NCBI RefSeq assembly: GCF_003918875.1
Contig: NW_025764892.1
Location: 2,108,001 to 2,172,000 of the forward strand
Reading direction: 5' to 3'
Length of the DNA stretch: 64,000 nt
Source of the DNA: Haliotis rubra
Lineage: Eukaryota
Shown here: positions 25,001-37,661 of the stretch, piece after piece
Layout of the letters: each line of letters opens with the position of its first letter
Position numbering within the stretch: the stretch's first letter is position 1
Translations under genes and position numbers: made by a program
The notes under the pieces: model-generated
Databases searched by the model: none
Told to the model about the DNA's origin: nothing
Seen by the model: only the letters and a program-made list of their open reading frames with translations

Positions 25001-28000
25001 ATTTCTGTATTATTTCCGTCAAAACAACCAAATTAGCTGCCAAATGACTGGATACCCACAACTTCTTATAATTCTAGGTTGGATTCTATATTTGACTTTT
25101 GCACGATTGTTTTCGACTTGTTGAGGGTAAACATATTTGATCCATTTTTCTATATAGAACCCCAGCAACATGAATGGATAAATAGGTGCACTTATGCAGC
25201 GAATATTATGTATTGCTAAATTCATGCACTGTGAGTATTGAGAGGATTAGAAGCTCTATTTGATTTTGCTTGATTGTCTATTTAGTTAAAGGTAAAAATA
25301 TTTGTTCCTAAATAGTAAATTTACCTTTATATTTAACTTTATGGATAACCCTACAGAGCAGGAGATTATACATAACTGTTTTAATAACGTGGGTTGGGGA
25401 TGGTAGCACTGAGCCGTAGGGTTACATGACGGAAGTCACAGCTTTCATCCTTGGTTTAATCTTTCAGTTATGTTTTTCAATAAGATATTCACTTTCATAT
25501 CGCACAGGGAAGCACTACATTATAACATTGGTACAGTTGGCTGTTTGCTCAACAAGTGAAACAATAACTCTGGTTGCTAGCACAAAACATTCACATGATG
25601 GCACAAAAACTAAATATTTTCTCTACAAATTGCCAAGGAATAAATAATGAAAAGAAAAGAATTGATGTTTTTGAAAACTTAAAGAAAAGAAATGGAAATA
25701 TTTACTGTTTACAAGATACACACTTTACTAAGGATATAGAGCAGAAAGTTAAACTAGAATGGGGATCATCTGAAGTACGCTGTTGTTCATTTACAAGTCA
25801 GTCTAGAGGTGTAGCCATTCTATTTCAAGATAATTTTGAATTTGAAATACTACAAGAAATAAGATATGAAAATAATGGAAACTATATAATACTTAAGGTT
25901 AAACTAGAAAACGAACTGGTTTCAATATCGTATTGTCCACAGAATTCTCACAACCAATAAAGACCTATACAACTATAATATATTAGAATCACCACTATGT
26001 ACATTTTGCAAGGCTGAAAAAGAAACCATTGTTCATTTGATGTTTGAATGCAGATACATAAATAGGCTGTGGCAAGACCTTTTAAATTGGATTGAAGATA
26101 AAACAGACACTACTATAAACCTGGATCCGAAAACAATCCTTTTGGGCTTTCATGAAAAACGTATCGATGTTCTGAACTTGATATTTATCATAACAAAGGA
26201 ATATATATATTCCAGAAAACTAGCAAATATACGTCCAACCCTTGAAAGTCTCAAAGCCAAATTAAACCACAGTTACAATCTCCATAAATATAATGCATAC
26301 TCTGTATGCAAATATAGCAAGTTCACGACTTTCTGGTCATCATGCCACAACTTATTTACATAACCTACTCGATCTCACTTATGCTTGTTACTTAATTGTG
26401 CTGTGTATTTGAAATAATGTTGTGTATGAATGATAAAACTGTACCAATGCGAAAAAAAGAAATAAAGTGAAAAAAAAAAAAAATCAGTACATTTATCCAG
26501 CTACTTATGAGCTGATAGGCATCATTATGCAAACATGGTCTTCACTGAAAACAATACTGAGTGTCATAAGTCAATATCCTAGAAAATGAACCAATATGTA
26601 ACTCCATGCTATTAATGGACTTCTATTATATTTTCAGCACAAGTTTCCACACCTGAAAAGAATGACTGACAAACCAATGGAATTTCTGTTCTGCATAAAG
26701 TAACACTGAAAAGTAAAACTACTCATTCAACAAAATATTTGCATTGGATCTATGAAGCAATTCAATATGTTACATTTGACCACTTTCTAAAATGGCTTTG
26801 TGTATTTCAATTCAATTACCAGTTTTGCTCACCTGAATCAACAAACTCTAGGGCTAGATCTTCAGTAGCAAATTTTTTGTACCTTGCACTGGGAAATTCA
26901 GATACCTGTGCCTTACACGCCAGCCTGAAACATTAAAGATCAGTGGTACCCAAAGAGAGCTTTGTCCACTCAGTGACCATGAAGATAACTGGTAAAATAA
27001 TAAGAATCACTTGGCTTTCAATCTTTCTTTATGCAATCTGTGTGCCTGACTGTATGACAGCTGCTGTATGATGACAGTATGTACCAGGCAGTGGCCCAGT
27101 ATCTGTATATCATCTGTACATTCCCAATTATAGGTATTACTCTGTATTTATTCTAAACTATTCTTTGATTGTTTTCCATTTAAATGGGTTTGTGATGTCT
27201 CAAAACTATAATTTCATTTCAGTCTTGAGTACATGTATGTATAAAATGGATGCAGAAAAGAATATATAAGGCATCCCATGAGATGAACAATATTATTCAG
27301 GGTACCCACATCGTGAGAAGAATTATATAAGGCCTAAAAAATATAGAGATTATATGATCTACCAGTACTGTATGCTCGTTCCATGTCATTACTTCAAAGG
27401 ATATTCATATTCCTGTAAAGCATGAGTGAATATGTTTTAAGGCTCCTGCAAAGACCCTTGACATTGAATATATAGATGTTACCTTGGAACCCTAGATTTT
27501 GTCTGGGAAAAACCCTGCGTTTAAGAATATAACATGATAAATGCCTTTTATGGCTATCACTAAAATGTCTCATATATATATAAATTTACCAGGACTGCAT
27601 GACACACACAATTCTTAAAAAATACAATGCAAGGGTTTTGTAAATAAAATTCATAACAATAAATCTTGAAATAATTACAATATTCTGATAGATATCAGTA
27701 AATGCACAAAACACATCTGCTTGTGTCCAAACTGAAAAACCACACCCAAACACATGTGGCGTCATTAACAATATAATCGATCTTATCTAACGTCTTACTT
27801 TGTTTTATATATATCTCCCTAGACCACATTTCACGGGTTGACACCCGCAATCTTAATGCGCATGAAATTGTTACAGACTATATCTATGAGCAAAAATACT
27901 AACAATACACACTAAATGTACGTAGGCCGAGTGCAGTTCCTTTCGCTCCCTCTGTCCTTTGGCGCGAAGAAGCGTGTATCACGTTCCCCACTTCCAGTCC

Positions 28001-28417
28001 ACGCTGACCTATGCTTTATTTAGCTGACGCCTACGCTACACACTTCAAAGTTTGTACAGGTTAGATTTGCATACTATTCTGAAAGAGTCACAATATGACG
28101 TTTGATTGAGGGAACGAAAGTTACTGTTACCAGTATTTTATCTTGAAGAATCTTCTCGTTCTGAACCAAAGTATGACGCATAAACCGATCGACTTTCGGT
28201 ATTGCCCAAAATATTTCCTTAGTTTCGATATAATGCCCGAATTGAAACGGAGACTTCAGAGTCAGTGAACCATGTCACAACACGCCTATTACCATGATTT
28301 GTATATTCCTGGATTTCTTCCAACTCTGACAGCATAAAACATATTATACCTAAAGAAATGGTAACTTTCAGTCGCGATTTTTATACCCACAACGAATGAT
28401 CGTGTCCACGAGGACAT
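19006..28417 (-). CDS. RNASEH1: Ribonuclease H1 (8 coding exons, 321 aa)
   Basis: Exons 28293-28417, 26833-26924, 23529-23804, 22082-22199, 20595-20649, 20186-20270, 19605-19729, 19006-19095. Hybrid-binding domain [31 protein letters not shown]. Catalytic motifs [39 protein letters not shown]. Confidence 0.95.
20408..20565 (-). mobile_element. SINE family 1
   Basis: Consensus match. Confidence 0.85.
21340..21461 (+). mobile_element. tRNA-derived SINE family 3, copy truncated by the gap
   Basis: Colinear with 55941 onward. Confidence 0.55.
21462..21597. other. Assembly gap (N run)
   Basis: Run of N between two SINE copies. Confidence 1.
21598..21815 (-). mobile_element. SINE-like family 2
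   Basis: Consensus match; the 3' end runs into the gap. Confidence 0.9.
21925..22048 (+). mobile_element. Fold-back element copy A
   Basis: Exact 14-bp TSD ACATCAACACATTT (21911-21924 / 22049-22062), inverted arms, tail CAACTTCTAAATGCC. Confidence 0.75.
22301..22875. mobile_element. Non-autonomous DNA transposon with about 90-bp TIRs and a 9-bp TSD (MULE-like by TSD length)
   Basis: CAGTCTAAGTAAACTTAGACTCAGTATTATTCG... is mirrored at the right end. TSD CAATTTACA / CAAATTACA. Confidence 0.8.
23321..23470 (-). mobile_element. SINE family 1 (diverged)
   Basis: Consensus match. Confidence 0.8.
24664..26477 (+). mobile_element. L1/Tx1-clade LINE, internally deleted (endonuclease start joined to the C-terminal zinc finger, RT missing), in RNASEH1 intron 2
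   Basis: APE endonuclease start ([26 protein letters not shown]), then at about 25916 [38 protein letters not shown] at 26461, polyA tail, 15-bp TSD AAAAAATCAGTACAT (24649-24663 / 26478-26492). Confidence 0.85.
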
Positions 28418-28863
28418 TCGTAGCAGACAGCTTCTGCACCGTACTACTAGCTTAACAACTGACTTACTTCGCTACGAACTTCTTTTTTATTATGTACATA
28501 TTAGATGCCCACAACAATTTTCAGTGATTTTTAAAAAAAAAAATAACACACTTAGAACTTTGGAATGACAATTTTGTTCCACGACCAGATAATTAATTTG
28601 TAAATCAAAAAAGGTTTTATTTACAGGTGTATGAAAGTAATTTGTTATGGAAATAGTATTTGCGTTTATGCGGCATGAAGAAATATTTTTTGAAACAAAT
28701 AATGACGGCCAAAATTAATTGATTATATTTGTACAATTATGAAACGTGTGAAATTAAAATAAACTTAATATTACTGCTACATTAGAAATCCTCGTCAACC
28801 GGAACTCCCATTCACTGCGCACCTATCTAAGTCGGTCCTTTTCCGTCGTCGCCATTGCCGAGG
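28418..28863. promoter_or_regulatory. Bidirectional RNASEH1/RPS7 promoter with TCT/5'TOP start and non-coding RPS7 exon 1
   Basis: CCTTTTCC pyrimidine tract at 28837, followed by a short exon ending GAGG|GTTAGT (28863), about 420 bp from the divergent RNASEH1 ATG. Confidence 0.7.
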
Positions 28864-30068
28864 GTTAGTGCATATCGTTGGCACCAAGATATATTATCAA
28901 AATAAACCACAAACACAGAGATCCTTTTTAACAATATTGTCCAGTCATGTACAGCAGTTCAAGTCCAAACCATCATATATATATTGTGACGTAGATGCTT
29001 AGTTATGAGAGAGATATGCCGTGGATTAGGCCGGACTCTTCATTCCTTTGCACATGTTTATCAAAGTAAAACGAACAACATGTGTTAAAAGCATTACATT
29101 CCGTGTTCTCAAGATGGTCACGGGTAGCTTGAATAGAACTGATACACAGAAAATAATCATTGCTTGACCATCATTTACAAAATAAAGTTGGAATCTTGTC
29201 AATGATGGATCATTGGATAATCTCTGAAGAGAACGAGTTGGTCATCAGTTGTCGTTAATATATTTGTGGTGGGAGCAAGTAAATACTGCCAAACATCAGG
29301 ACGTGCATTTCAATCAGGTGAAACAATATCAAAACTATCCACCCAAATAAAGGCCTGTCTTTAATGTATAAATTGAATTATTGTTTAAATGTTAGGATTG
29401 AACAGAAACTTCAATAATGTGAAATTATGCCATAATGAAAGTGTTAGTGTGATTTACATATCCTTATTCAGTGCATTGAAGATATGCCATCAACACACAT
29501 TCACTACACATACAGGATAGCAGTTCACACTTCCATAGCACAACTTAAGTTATCCAATACTAAAAAGCGCCTTGAGCATCCATGTACATGGGATGGACTA
29601 TAGCACTATATAAATTACCCATATACAAGGTCTTCAGCAGCTTATGCCGTGTCGTATAAAGCATTTAACAGGATTGATTGGTCAGACTGTGACAAGTTTC
29701 TTCATTGAGTGGCATTTACAAGTTGGTGTCATGAACAACAGGAGGAGTTCTATGGATATACAATTTCTTTATTATTGATATGAGCAATGTTTCAGTGTAG
29801 CTACTAACACCATTATCAAGTATCACTTGCTTGATAATGTTGTTAGTAGCTACACCAAAACTGTTGCTGTACATATTAATAACTGAATACACTATAACAC
29901 TCGCATACTTATTCAGTTTTCACCAAATTATAACTTTAGATTGTTTCGAATTAATGATTAAAGTTAAAAAGAGGGTCCCTCAATTCAGATTTTGGTATTT
30001 TCAATTACACTAATAGGTCCTACTTTGAATAGTATGCAAGTTATTGATTTGTTTTTGTTGGATTTCAG

Positions 30069-33000
30069 ATGTATTCGGCTAGCGCTAAAATCATCAAACC
30101 CCAAGGGGAGAAACCCGATGACTTTGAGTCATCAATCTCTCAGGTATGTTTCAAATTTCACTTTTATTTAATCAAATTTTCACATTGCTGACTGAAGGTT
30201 TATGTACAGTTATAATTTGAGTTAGGCAAGTTTTCATCACTGGTAGTTTACCAGGATCCATTTGTTAATAATAATATTCCTTGGTAAGACTTCTGCCCGT
30301 ATGCCCCTAAATTTTAATGATTAAAAATTTCTTTGAGTGACATTTTTTAAGTTGGATATGTCTTGTTAGAAATAAGACTTCCCGCCCGTTGCCCGATTAT
30401 TAAAATTTCTTTAAGTGAGACATTTTTAGAAGTTAGATATTCTTTTGGTATGATAAAATTAAAGAAACATGTTAAAATTCATCCTTATCAGATGAGAAAT
30501 AAATATTCTGGTGATACGATTTGTCTAGAATGAAATTTAGGGGGGATACTGGCGGAAGTCTTTCCTAATCCTTTAGTTCCATAGATTAATGCATAAAAAT
30601 CCATTCAAAACATTCATATATACATAAGGCCAGACCAATTTTATTTCTTGTTTTTTCTTATCCGCCAGTCCTTTTTTTTCAAGAATAAGAAAAAAAAAAA
30701 CTTCATAAATTGCCAAAAATAAAATACTTTTAGTATATAATAGGAAAGTTATTTTGACTAGTGATTTTTATTTTTTGTTTTATTCCCTCCTGCCTTTAGG
30801 TTTTCTGAGGACAAAAATCCGTAAAACAAGAAATAAAATTGTTCTAATATTCTTTCTACAGTTTTTGATTTATCATGACTTTATGTTCTTTAAATTGATA
30901 TAATGATCTGACTTCAGGACATAATTTCATTAATGTTCCTTTGTTTTCTGGTTTGCTTTAATGTTTATGTGAACGGTGTGTAATAGTCTCTTTCATTGTT
31001 AATTCTTAGTTTTAGAAACTGATTTTCTTCACCATCATTTTGTCAGTGTCAGCATGGTCAGTTCTTTTTGTTTTTTGTATAACAGGCTCTGCTTGAGCTG
31101 GAGATGAACAGTGACCTGAAGGCTCAACTTAGGGAACTCTTCATCACTGGAGCCAAGGTAAAGTCCTTCAACATCATGTCATGTCATTAATCATTTCTTC
31201 AGGGATTTTCCTTGAGTCCTGTATTTGAGGGTCCCTGGGACTCATGCTCTTAATCTTCAGGGGTCCTGCACTATACAACAGGGTTCCCAGACACTTAAAA
31301 ATTATTATTAATACTATGTTGTAATATTGTTGTAATTCAGTTACTGTTATTGTATTGTGTATCATGAGAATCACATTTTACAGTAATTAGACTGCAAATG
31401 ATACCATAAACAGGGATGAGAATATTCCGTTGAATTCCGAGAATTTCATAAGGCCAAGGGTAATTTTTGTGAATCGTCTAAATCCGTTGACAATTGTATG
31501 AATGTGCTTCAGCAGATTTAAAGTTTTTTAATGGTTGCTGTGTTCATATTGTCATTTCTGAGCCAGTTTTAAAGGTCTAAAATGAGTAAATATCAGGAGC
31601 TTTCCGCTAGTTTTCAGAGTTTTTATCAAAACTTCATTCTCATCCCTGCATAACCCAGCTAGTACCAAACTCGGTGATAACTTATTGTTACTTGATTGAA
31701 ATTTTACAAAAAGTATTTGGACTTTTTCTGTGTCCCCGTGGATGCGCTTATTAAATTTTGTTGCATCCGTTGTCAATTTTTATGTGTATAGGACGCAGGA
31801 ATTCACATCCTGTAAATCCCTGTTCCTTAACACATGTTAACAGTCTTCGCTAAACTCATTTTGGAAATTCAGTTCTGGACAACAATAAAAACGTTTTTGG
31901 TAAGCCTTCATTATTTACATCCCATTATTTACTAAACCAGTGTGTTTCTCTTTCCATGAATAACTATATAGTGGTATGACAGGTGAAAATGACTAGTGTA
32001 GAAAAGCTTGTTAGCACACACAATCTGCTCATGGTACATTATCCTAATCTTTAACTGTGAGGTAGTTCTATCTTACTGTTGACCCATACACTGTCTGCAT
32101 TTGCTTGTATGTGTGTTATGATTGTGTTGAATGTACAGGGGGCTGTGGGGTAGCCTAGTGGTTAAAGCGTTGGCTCGTCACGCCGAAGACCCGGGTTCGA
32201 TTCCCCACATGGGCACAATGTGTTAAGCCCATTTCTGGTGTCCCCCGCCGTGATATTGCTGGAATATTGCTAAAAGCGGCGTAAAACTAAACTCAGTCAG
32301 TTGAATGTACTTTAAGATTAACAGTTATTTAGATGTATTAGTTTGATGTTGGTTCATCCAGGAAATAGATGTCCAGGGCAAGAAGGCTATCATCATCTTT
32401 GTGCCAGTGCCACAGCTGAGACAGTACCAGAAGATCCAGACCCGTCTTGTCAGAGAGCTGGAGAAGAAATTCAGTGGCAAACATGTCGTTTTCATTGCCC
32501 AGGTTTGTTTTCACTCTTTCAGCATACTTGCAGAAAGATTTTTGTTTCTTTGAAGATTTACCTTTTGGTGTTTTTGTGCTACTGGCCATTGGAGATCATG
32601 TTGCAAGAACAAAAGAATTCTGTGTTTACAATATGTGACCTCCCAGTTGAATGTTAATCTGGAATGTGACTGACTACCCAAGTGTTTGTTCTTTGCACAA
32701 AATTAAATCTTTCAGATGTTTCATGTTACTCTGAGTCTTCAAACTTTGACACTTTGGAATTTCTTCAGACAGTAAACTGATATTCTGTGATTTGACCCAA
32801 GTGATAGGCACTGCAGTTTAACTGAAGCTTTGCCTCAATTTATGTGAGTTTATATAGCCTTCTAAGGCAATACATTTTCCTATGCTTAGGCCATCTCTTG
32901 GGCATGCCAGAAAAATGTTTGTGGGTTTGAATCCCAGGTATTTTTCTAGCATTGTTAGCATCATACCTGTGCTCATGGATTTCACCAAAGTAGAAAATGT

Positions 33001-35217
33001 CCGAGAACTGTATTACTTTGGACATTCCTCCAGTATTAACCTGACACCATGAGATATTAAAGGAATACTGTTTAAAGTTGTTTAAACCCAATCAAAAAGC
33101 TAACACATGTAATCTTGTTTCAGAGGAGGATATTGCCGAAACCTACGAGAAAGAATAAGGGAAAGCTGAAGCAGAAGCGACCAAGGAGGTAAGATGCTTT
33201 TAGATTCATCAAGCCTTTTTTTGAGATGACATAGTTGAAGGTTTTGCAGCATTTTTACCACCATGATGACACACCCAGAGCAAGTTTTCCATCCATTGCT
33301 TTTATTAAATTTTGTCAGTCTAATAGTTCCCTGAAGTTTTTTCAGTTTCAAATGAGTGATATTTGGAATTAAATATGGAACAAGCGTAGGGATTTAGCAC
33401 ATACTTACAAACTATTTCGCGCACCCAAACTCAACACCTAGACTGAAAGGGGAACTTGTCCATGCAGAGTGCTTCTAATTTGATAAAAATGATGCAAATT
33501 TTACACTGTTGACTAAGTATACACTATTGTCTTATAAGTGTCCCTGTTTTGAGAGATTTGAGCTCCAAAACTGCCCAAGTGGTATATAAATATTTAATCC
33601 AGGTCTTTGACATAATACCGCTTAGTGTATTGCCTGTTGGTATCCATACACTTTATGTGATAAATAAGTATTGGCCTTGCTATTTAGTTGCTATTGTCTG
33701 TATGAACTGCTTCCTGTATGCTTTATGTGGTTGTTTGATTATCTCCCTTGGTATTCAGCCGTACCCTGACAGCAGTACACGACAGTATCTTGGAGGATCT
33801 CTGCTTCCCTGCTGAGATTGTCGGCAAGAGGATCCGGATCAAGCTGGATGGAAGTAGACTCATCAAGGTTCACCTTGACAAAAACCAGCAGACAAACATT
33901 GAACACAAGGTAAACATCACTTACCTCATTCTCCCAGATTTGGAGGCAGAAGTCTTTAGAACAATGATATGACAGATTGTGTTTGTTCACATTTACAAGG
34001 GGCGGTGGGGTAGTCTAGTGGTTAAAGCGTTGGCTCGTCAAGCCGAAGACCTGGGTTCCAATCCCCACATGGGTACAATGAGTGAAGCCCATTTCTGGTG
34101 TCCCCCGCCGAGATATTGCTGGAATATTGCTAAAAGCGGAGTAAAACCAAACTCAGTCAGTCAGTCACTTTTACAAGGTTGATCATTCTTCGTGCCATCA
34201 AAAACTGTCTTTAGTTTGTGTTGTCCGGACCACTGTGGTATAGCTGGAATAATGCTGACTGGTCTGAACAACAATCAATCGTCCTGTTTACCTGTGAAGA
34301 TCGTTTGAAATTGGTCTTCTGCAACCCATGCTTTTCCAAAGAGGTTGGTGATGGGATCGGTGGTCGGACTTGCTGACATTGATTGACACATGGCATCGTA
34401 TCCAATTTGCGGAGATGGATGCTCATCATGTCAATCACTGGATTGTCTGATCCAGACTTGATTATTTACAGATCGCTGTCATACAGCTGGAATATTGAGT
34501 TAAACAATAAATAAAGACCCATCTGTTCACTTATTAGAAAGGCACACAGAGGAATTTTTCAAAGATGTATGATATTTGATCTACATACACCTTTCAAAGA
34601 AATCTGAAAGTAGATGGTAGGGCTACCAATATTTTAGGCTAACATTTCATCAGTTGAGAATGCATGTTGTGGCTGTGATTGTTCTTAAATTTCTAAATCT
34701 TGATTGTTTGACAACATAAGTATCAAACAGTTGGACAGCATTTGGATTAATCTTCTCTTATCCTTGATGTCTCGGTCAGGTCACTTGGCTGTAGCGTTAA
34801 TCTCTTTTCCTTCTTTCCTATAATACATCGGGTGCGGTTGGGTAGCCCAGTGGTTAAAGCGTCCGCTCGTCATGCTGAAGACCCAGGTTTGAGATCACCA
34901 CATTGGCACAATGTGTGAAGCTCATTTCTAGCGTCCCCCTGCAGTGATACCGCTGGAATTTTGCTGGAAACAGCGTAAAATCTACTCACTCGCTCACTAT
35001 AATACATGGACCTTGTTTCACAAAGTGATGGTAGCACTTCAACTTTGAAAGCCCGTTGGCAAATGTTTGAGGCTGTTAAGCTGTTTTCCAAGGGTGTATT
35101 ATATGTATGTTTGACCCAACGTGTATCTTCCTGTTGCAGATGGAGACTTTCACAGCAGTTTACAAGAAGTTGACAGGCAAAGATGTGAACTTTGAATTCC
35201 CAGAATATGTGCTGTGA
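30069..35217 (+). CDS. RPS7: 40S ribosomal protein S7 (eS7), 193 aa
   Basis: Exons 30069-30143, 31086-31157, 32362-32502, 33124-33188, 33759-33909, 35140-35217. [81 protein letters not shown]. Confidence 0.97.
30626..30846. mobile_element. Small MITE-like inverted-repeat element
   Basis: AGACCAATTTTATTTCTTGTTTT / AAAACAAGAAATAAAATTGTTCT inverted pair. Confidence 0.5.
31411..31648. mobile_element. hAT-like MITE
   Basis: TIR CAGGGATGAGAAT / ATTCTCATCCCTG. Confidence 0.6.
32138..32301 (+). mobile_element. SINE family 1 (tRNA-Asp-like head)
   Basis: A box TAGCCTAGTGG, B box GGTTCGATTCC, GTC in the anticodon-like loop. TSD GTTGAATGTAC. Confidence 0.9.
33999..34168 (+). mobile_element. SINE family 1
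   Basis: Consensus match. TSD-like TCAC(A/T)TTTACAAGG. Confidence 0.9.
34290..34505 (+). mobile_element. SINE-like family 2 (diverged)
   Basis: Consensus match. Confidence 0.8.
34831..34998 (+). mobile_element. SINE family 1 (diverged)
   Basis: Consensus match. TSD CTATAATACAT. Confidence 0.8.
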
Positions 35218-35617
35218 AGAAAATAATGTATAAACTTGGGAAGTAAAGCCTACTGTTTTTGGTTTTTGTTGATGTTGTATTAGTTCATCAGACTGGAATT
35301 CCTTCTTTTGATTTTACTGATTTTAACTCCAAAAATCAGGTTGGTAGTTGTAATTGATGATATTATGTTATGGAAAAGTTACAAATACACAATTAGCCAC
35401 ATTATTTGAATTTATTAACCAGCCCTGGATGTTCTTGCAAATTCATGATTATGATACACACGGATTGAATTGGATAAACAGACTACCATGGTTGCTAAAC
35501 CTGACTTGAAAACTGACATCCTAACACAATTTGAGGCATGACATACAAACCCAATGTCCGTTATACTGATAACCAGTCTTCAGTTTTATACTGATAACCA
35601 GTCTTCAGTTTGTTTGC

Positions 35618-35780
35618 GGGGCGACGGGGGTAGTCTAGTGGTTAAAGCGTTGGCTCGTCACGCCGAAGACCCGGGTTCGAATCCCCATATGGGTACAACC
35701 TGTGAAGCCCATTTCTGGTGTCCCCGGCCGTGATGTTGCTGGAATATTGCTAAAAGCGGTGTAAAACCAAACTCACTCAG
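35618..35780 (+). mobile_element. SINE family 1
   Basis: Consensus match. Confidence 0.9.
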
Positions 35781-36741
35781 TTAGTCTGTTTGTTTGTCGT
35801 ATCTGCCAGGCATATCTCTGTACCCATTTACATATTCTGAAGTGATTGAACATTGCACAGATCTACACTGTTTACTCGTGTTAGAGTTGATCAGTTGTAT
35901 GTCCCATAGCTTATCAGTATCAGGAACCGGGCCATTTAGAAACCCAGGATAAATTTGTGGATACTTCTGCCATTGGTGATGTGTGGGGTTTCATAATTGA
36001 CTCGTAGCTGCATTGAGATGAGAGAATGATAGTGATAGACCACTAAGATACCATGCTTAACATGAATACACCTCCCGGATATTTTTTAGAACGCGGCCAC
36101 GCTACCCACTAGATATGTGACTATGTCACATCGTGTCTGCCAATACTAAATACGGGCGGAGAACCAAGACTATGAACAGGCAACAATGATTTAATACTAG
36201 CAGACAGCTAATTAGATGACCGTTGAATGGTGAAGTAGAAGCTGTCATGTTTAGATATCTTCGCCATCTGTTTACCACAGGTGATGAACAGAACCCAATC
36301 AATGACGCCCAGCTTCTTACTGATGCGGCTAAAGTTAATGTCGTATTTGTCATTATTAAGCATTTAGATTACAAATATATTATAAATGTTGAAAAGGTTT
36401 GGTAATATTGGACAGTGGGTTGTTCCTCAAGTGAAGCATGTTTCACCTTCTGTTTCATTCCTTGATCTGATTTTAGTGAGTCAGCTTGAAACCACACTCA
36501 CTTGATCCTTCCTGTTTAGTATAAAAGACCGACAGAAAATAAACAATATGCAAATTAAAAGACGCACCCAACACGCATTTTTGAACACCTGTTAGCTAAA
36601 AGGGCATTTTGTGCTGTAGATATGACTCCCAAAAACGTGTGAGCTTGATGCTCACAACAAACGCGCAAACATCCAAATGCATTGACACGCACTTTCAAAT
36701 TGTGAATCACGACATAAGGTGCATCATTCATATTTTTAATA

Positions 36742-37058
36742 GGGGGCGTTGGGGTGGTGAAGTGGTTAAAGCGTCTGCTCTTCACGCCGAAGACCCGGTT
36801 CGATTCCCCACATGGGTACCATAGGGGCGTGTCACGCTTAGAAACAGCGTTAGAAAGACATATAGGTATATAGACCCTACCCTAGTACTATAAGAGGACT
36901 AGGGTAGGGTCTATATACCTATATGTCTTTCTAACGCTGTTTGTAAGCGTGACACGCCCCTGTGATGGGTACAATGTGTGAAGCCCCTTTCTGGTGTCCC
37001 CCTGCCGTGATATTGCTCGAATATTGTGCTAAAAGCTTGAAACCATACACGCTCACTC
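36742..37058 (+). mobile_element. SINE family 1 interrupted by a palindromic MITE
   Basis: The two halves are colinear with the consensus around the insertion. Confidence 0.85.
36820..36964. mobile_element. 145-bp near-perfect palindromic MITE (CA...TG ends, 8-bp TSD; P- or hAT-type) inserted into a SINE
   Basis: TSD ATGGGTAC (36812-36819 / 36965-36972). Arms of about 67 bp with few mismatches. It splits a SINE exactly at CATGGGTAC^AATG. Confidence 0.85.
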
Positions 37059-37661
37059 ATATTTGTTATAAGATATTTTTCTTGAACATTATGTAAGTTC
37101 AGTTATTTCTTTCCATCTGAGTTAACATTTGTTTTTAAATATTTGTCTTTGACAAAAGATGGCATGAACTGACAACCTTACAGATTTTGGCAGTCACCTG
37201 GTGCTATACTATTATTAACTGTCAATTGGACAAATAGCCCCACCAACTGTGTGCTGAAATAGAGCTGATCAAGTGAATATCCTGCAGATGGAAGTGAATT
37301 TCGCATACGAAATATGGTCTCGTCATATGGGCTTATGTAATCTTTTCCTTACTGCGTCTTTACTGCGGCGTTAAACGGCAAACAAACAAATCACAGACGC
37401 ACGCACGCACACCACCCGATCAGAAAGGATCAAGACATACGGCCCCCAACCTGCTAACGAATGAGTGCAATACTGTAGTAGCAGCTTCTACTCTAGCATA
37501 AATGTGCTTGCGTCAGTGCCGTCAGCCCCATCAGCTAGTAACACATGGAGAAACCCTGTACATGTGATTCAGTTCGTGACATTTCCGACAGCAGCTGAAA
37601 CAAAACGTACAATAAATGACAGAGTGTACCCGGCGATATCCGGGTGTTGTAGCTTGATAAG

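Noticed and set aside
32138-32215. tRNA-Asp gene
   Set aside because: The tRNA-like head runs into a constant SINE body and (ACTC)n tail in about 19 diverged copies with TSDs, so it is a SINE and not a tRNA gene.
28864-35139. U17/SNORA73 or other intronic snoRNAs (RPS7 introns host U17 in some vertebrates)
   Set aside because: No paired ATATTCCTA / AAACCAT motifs were found. A C-box/D-box pair near 33263-33334 lacks a terminal stem or a guide I can verify. A cmscan or snoscan run is needed.
35561-35610. 25-bp tandem duplication TTATACTGATAACCAGTCTTCAGTT
   Set aside because: A simple local slippage duplication with no further structure.
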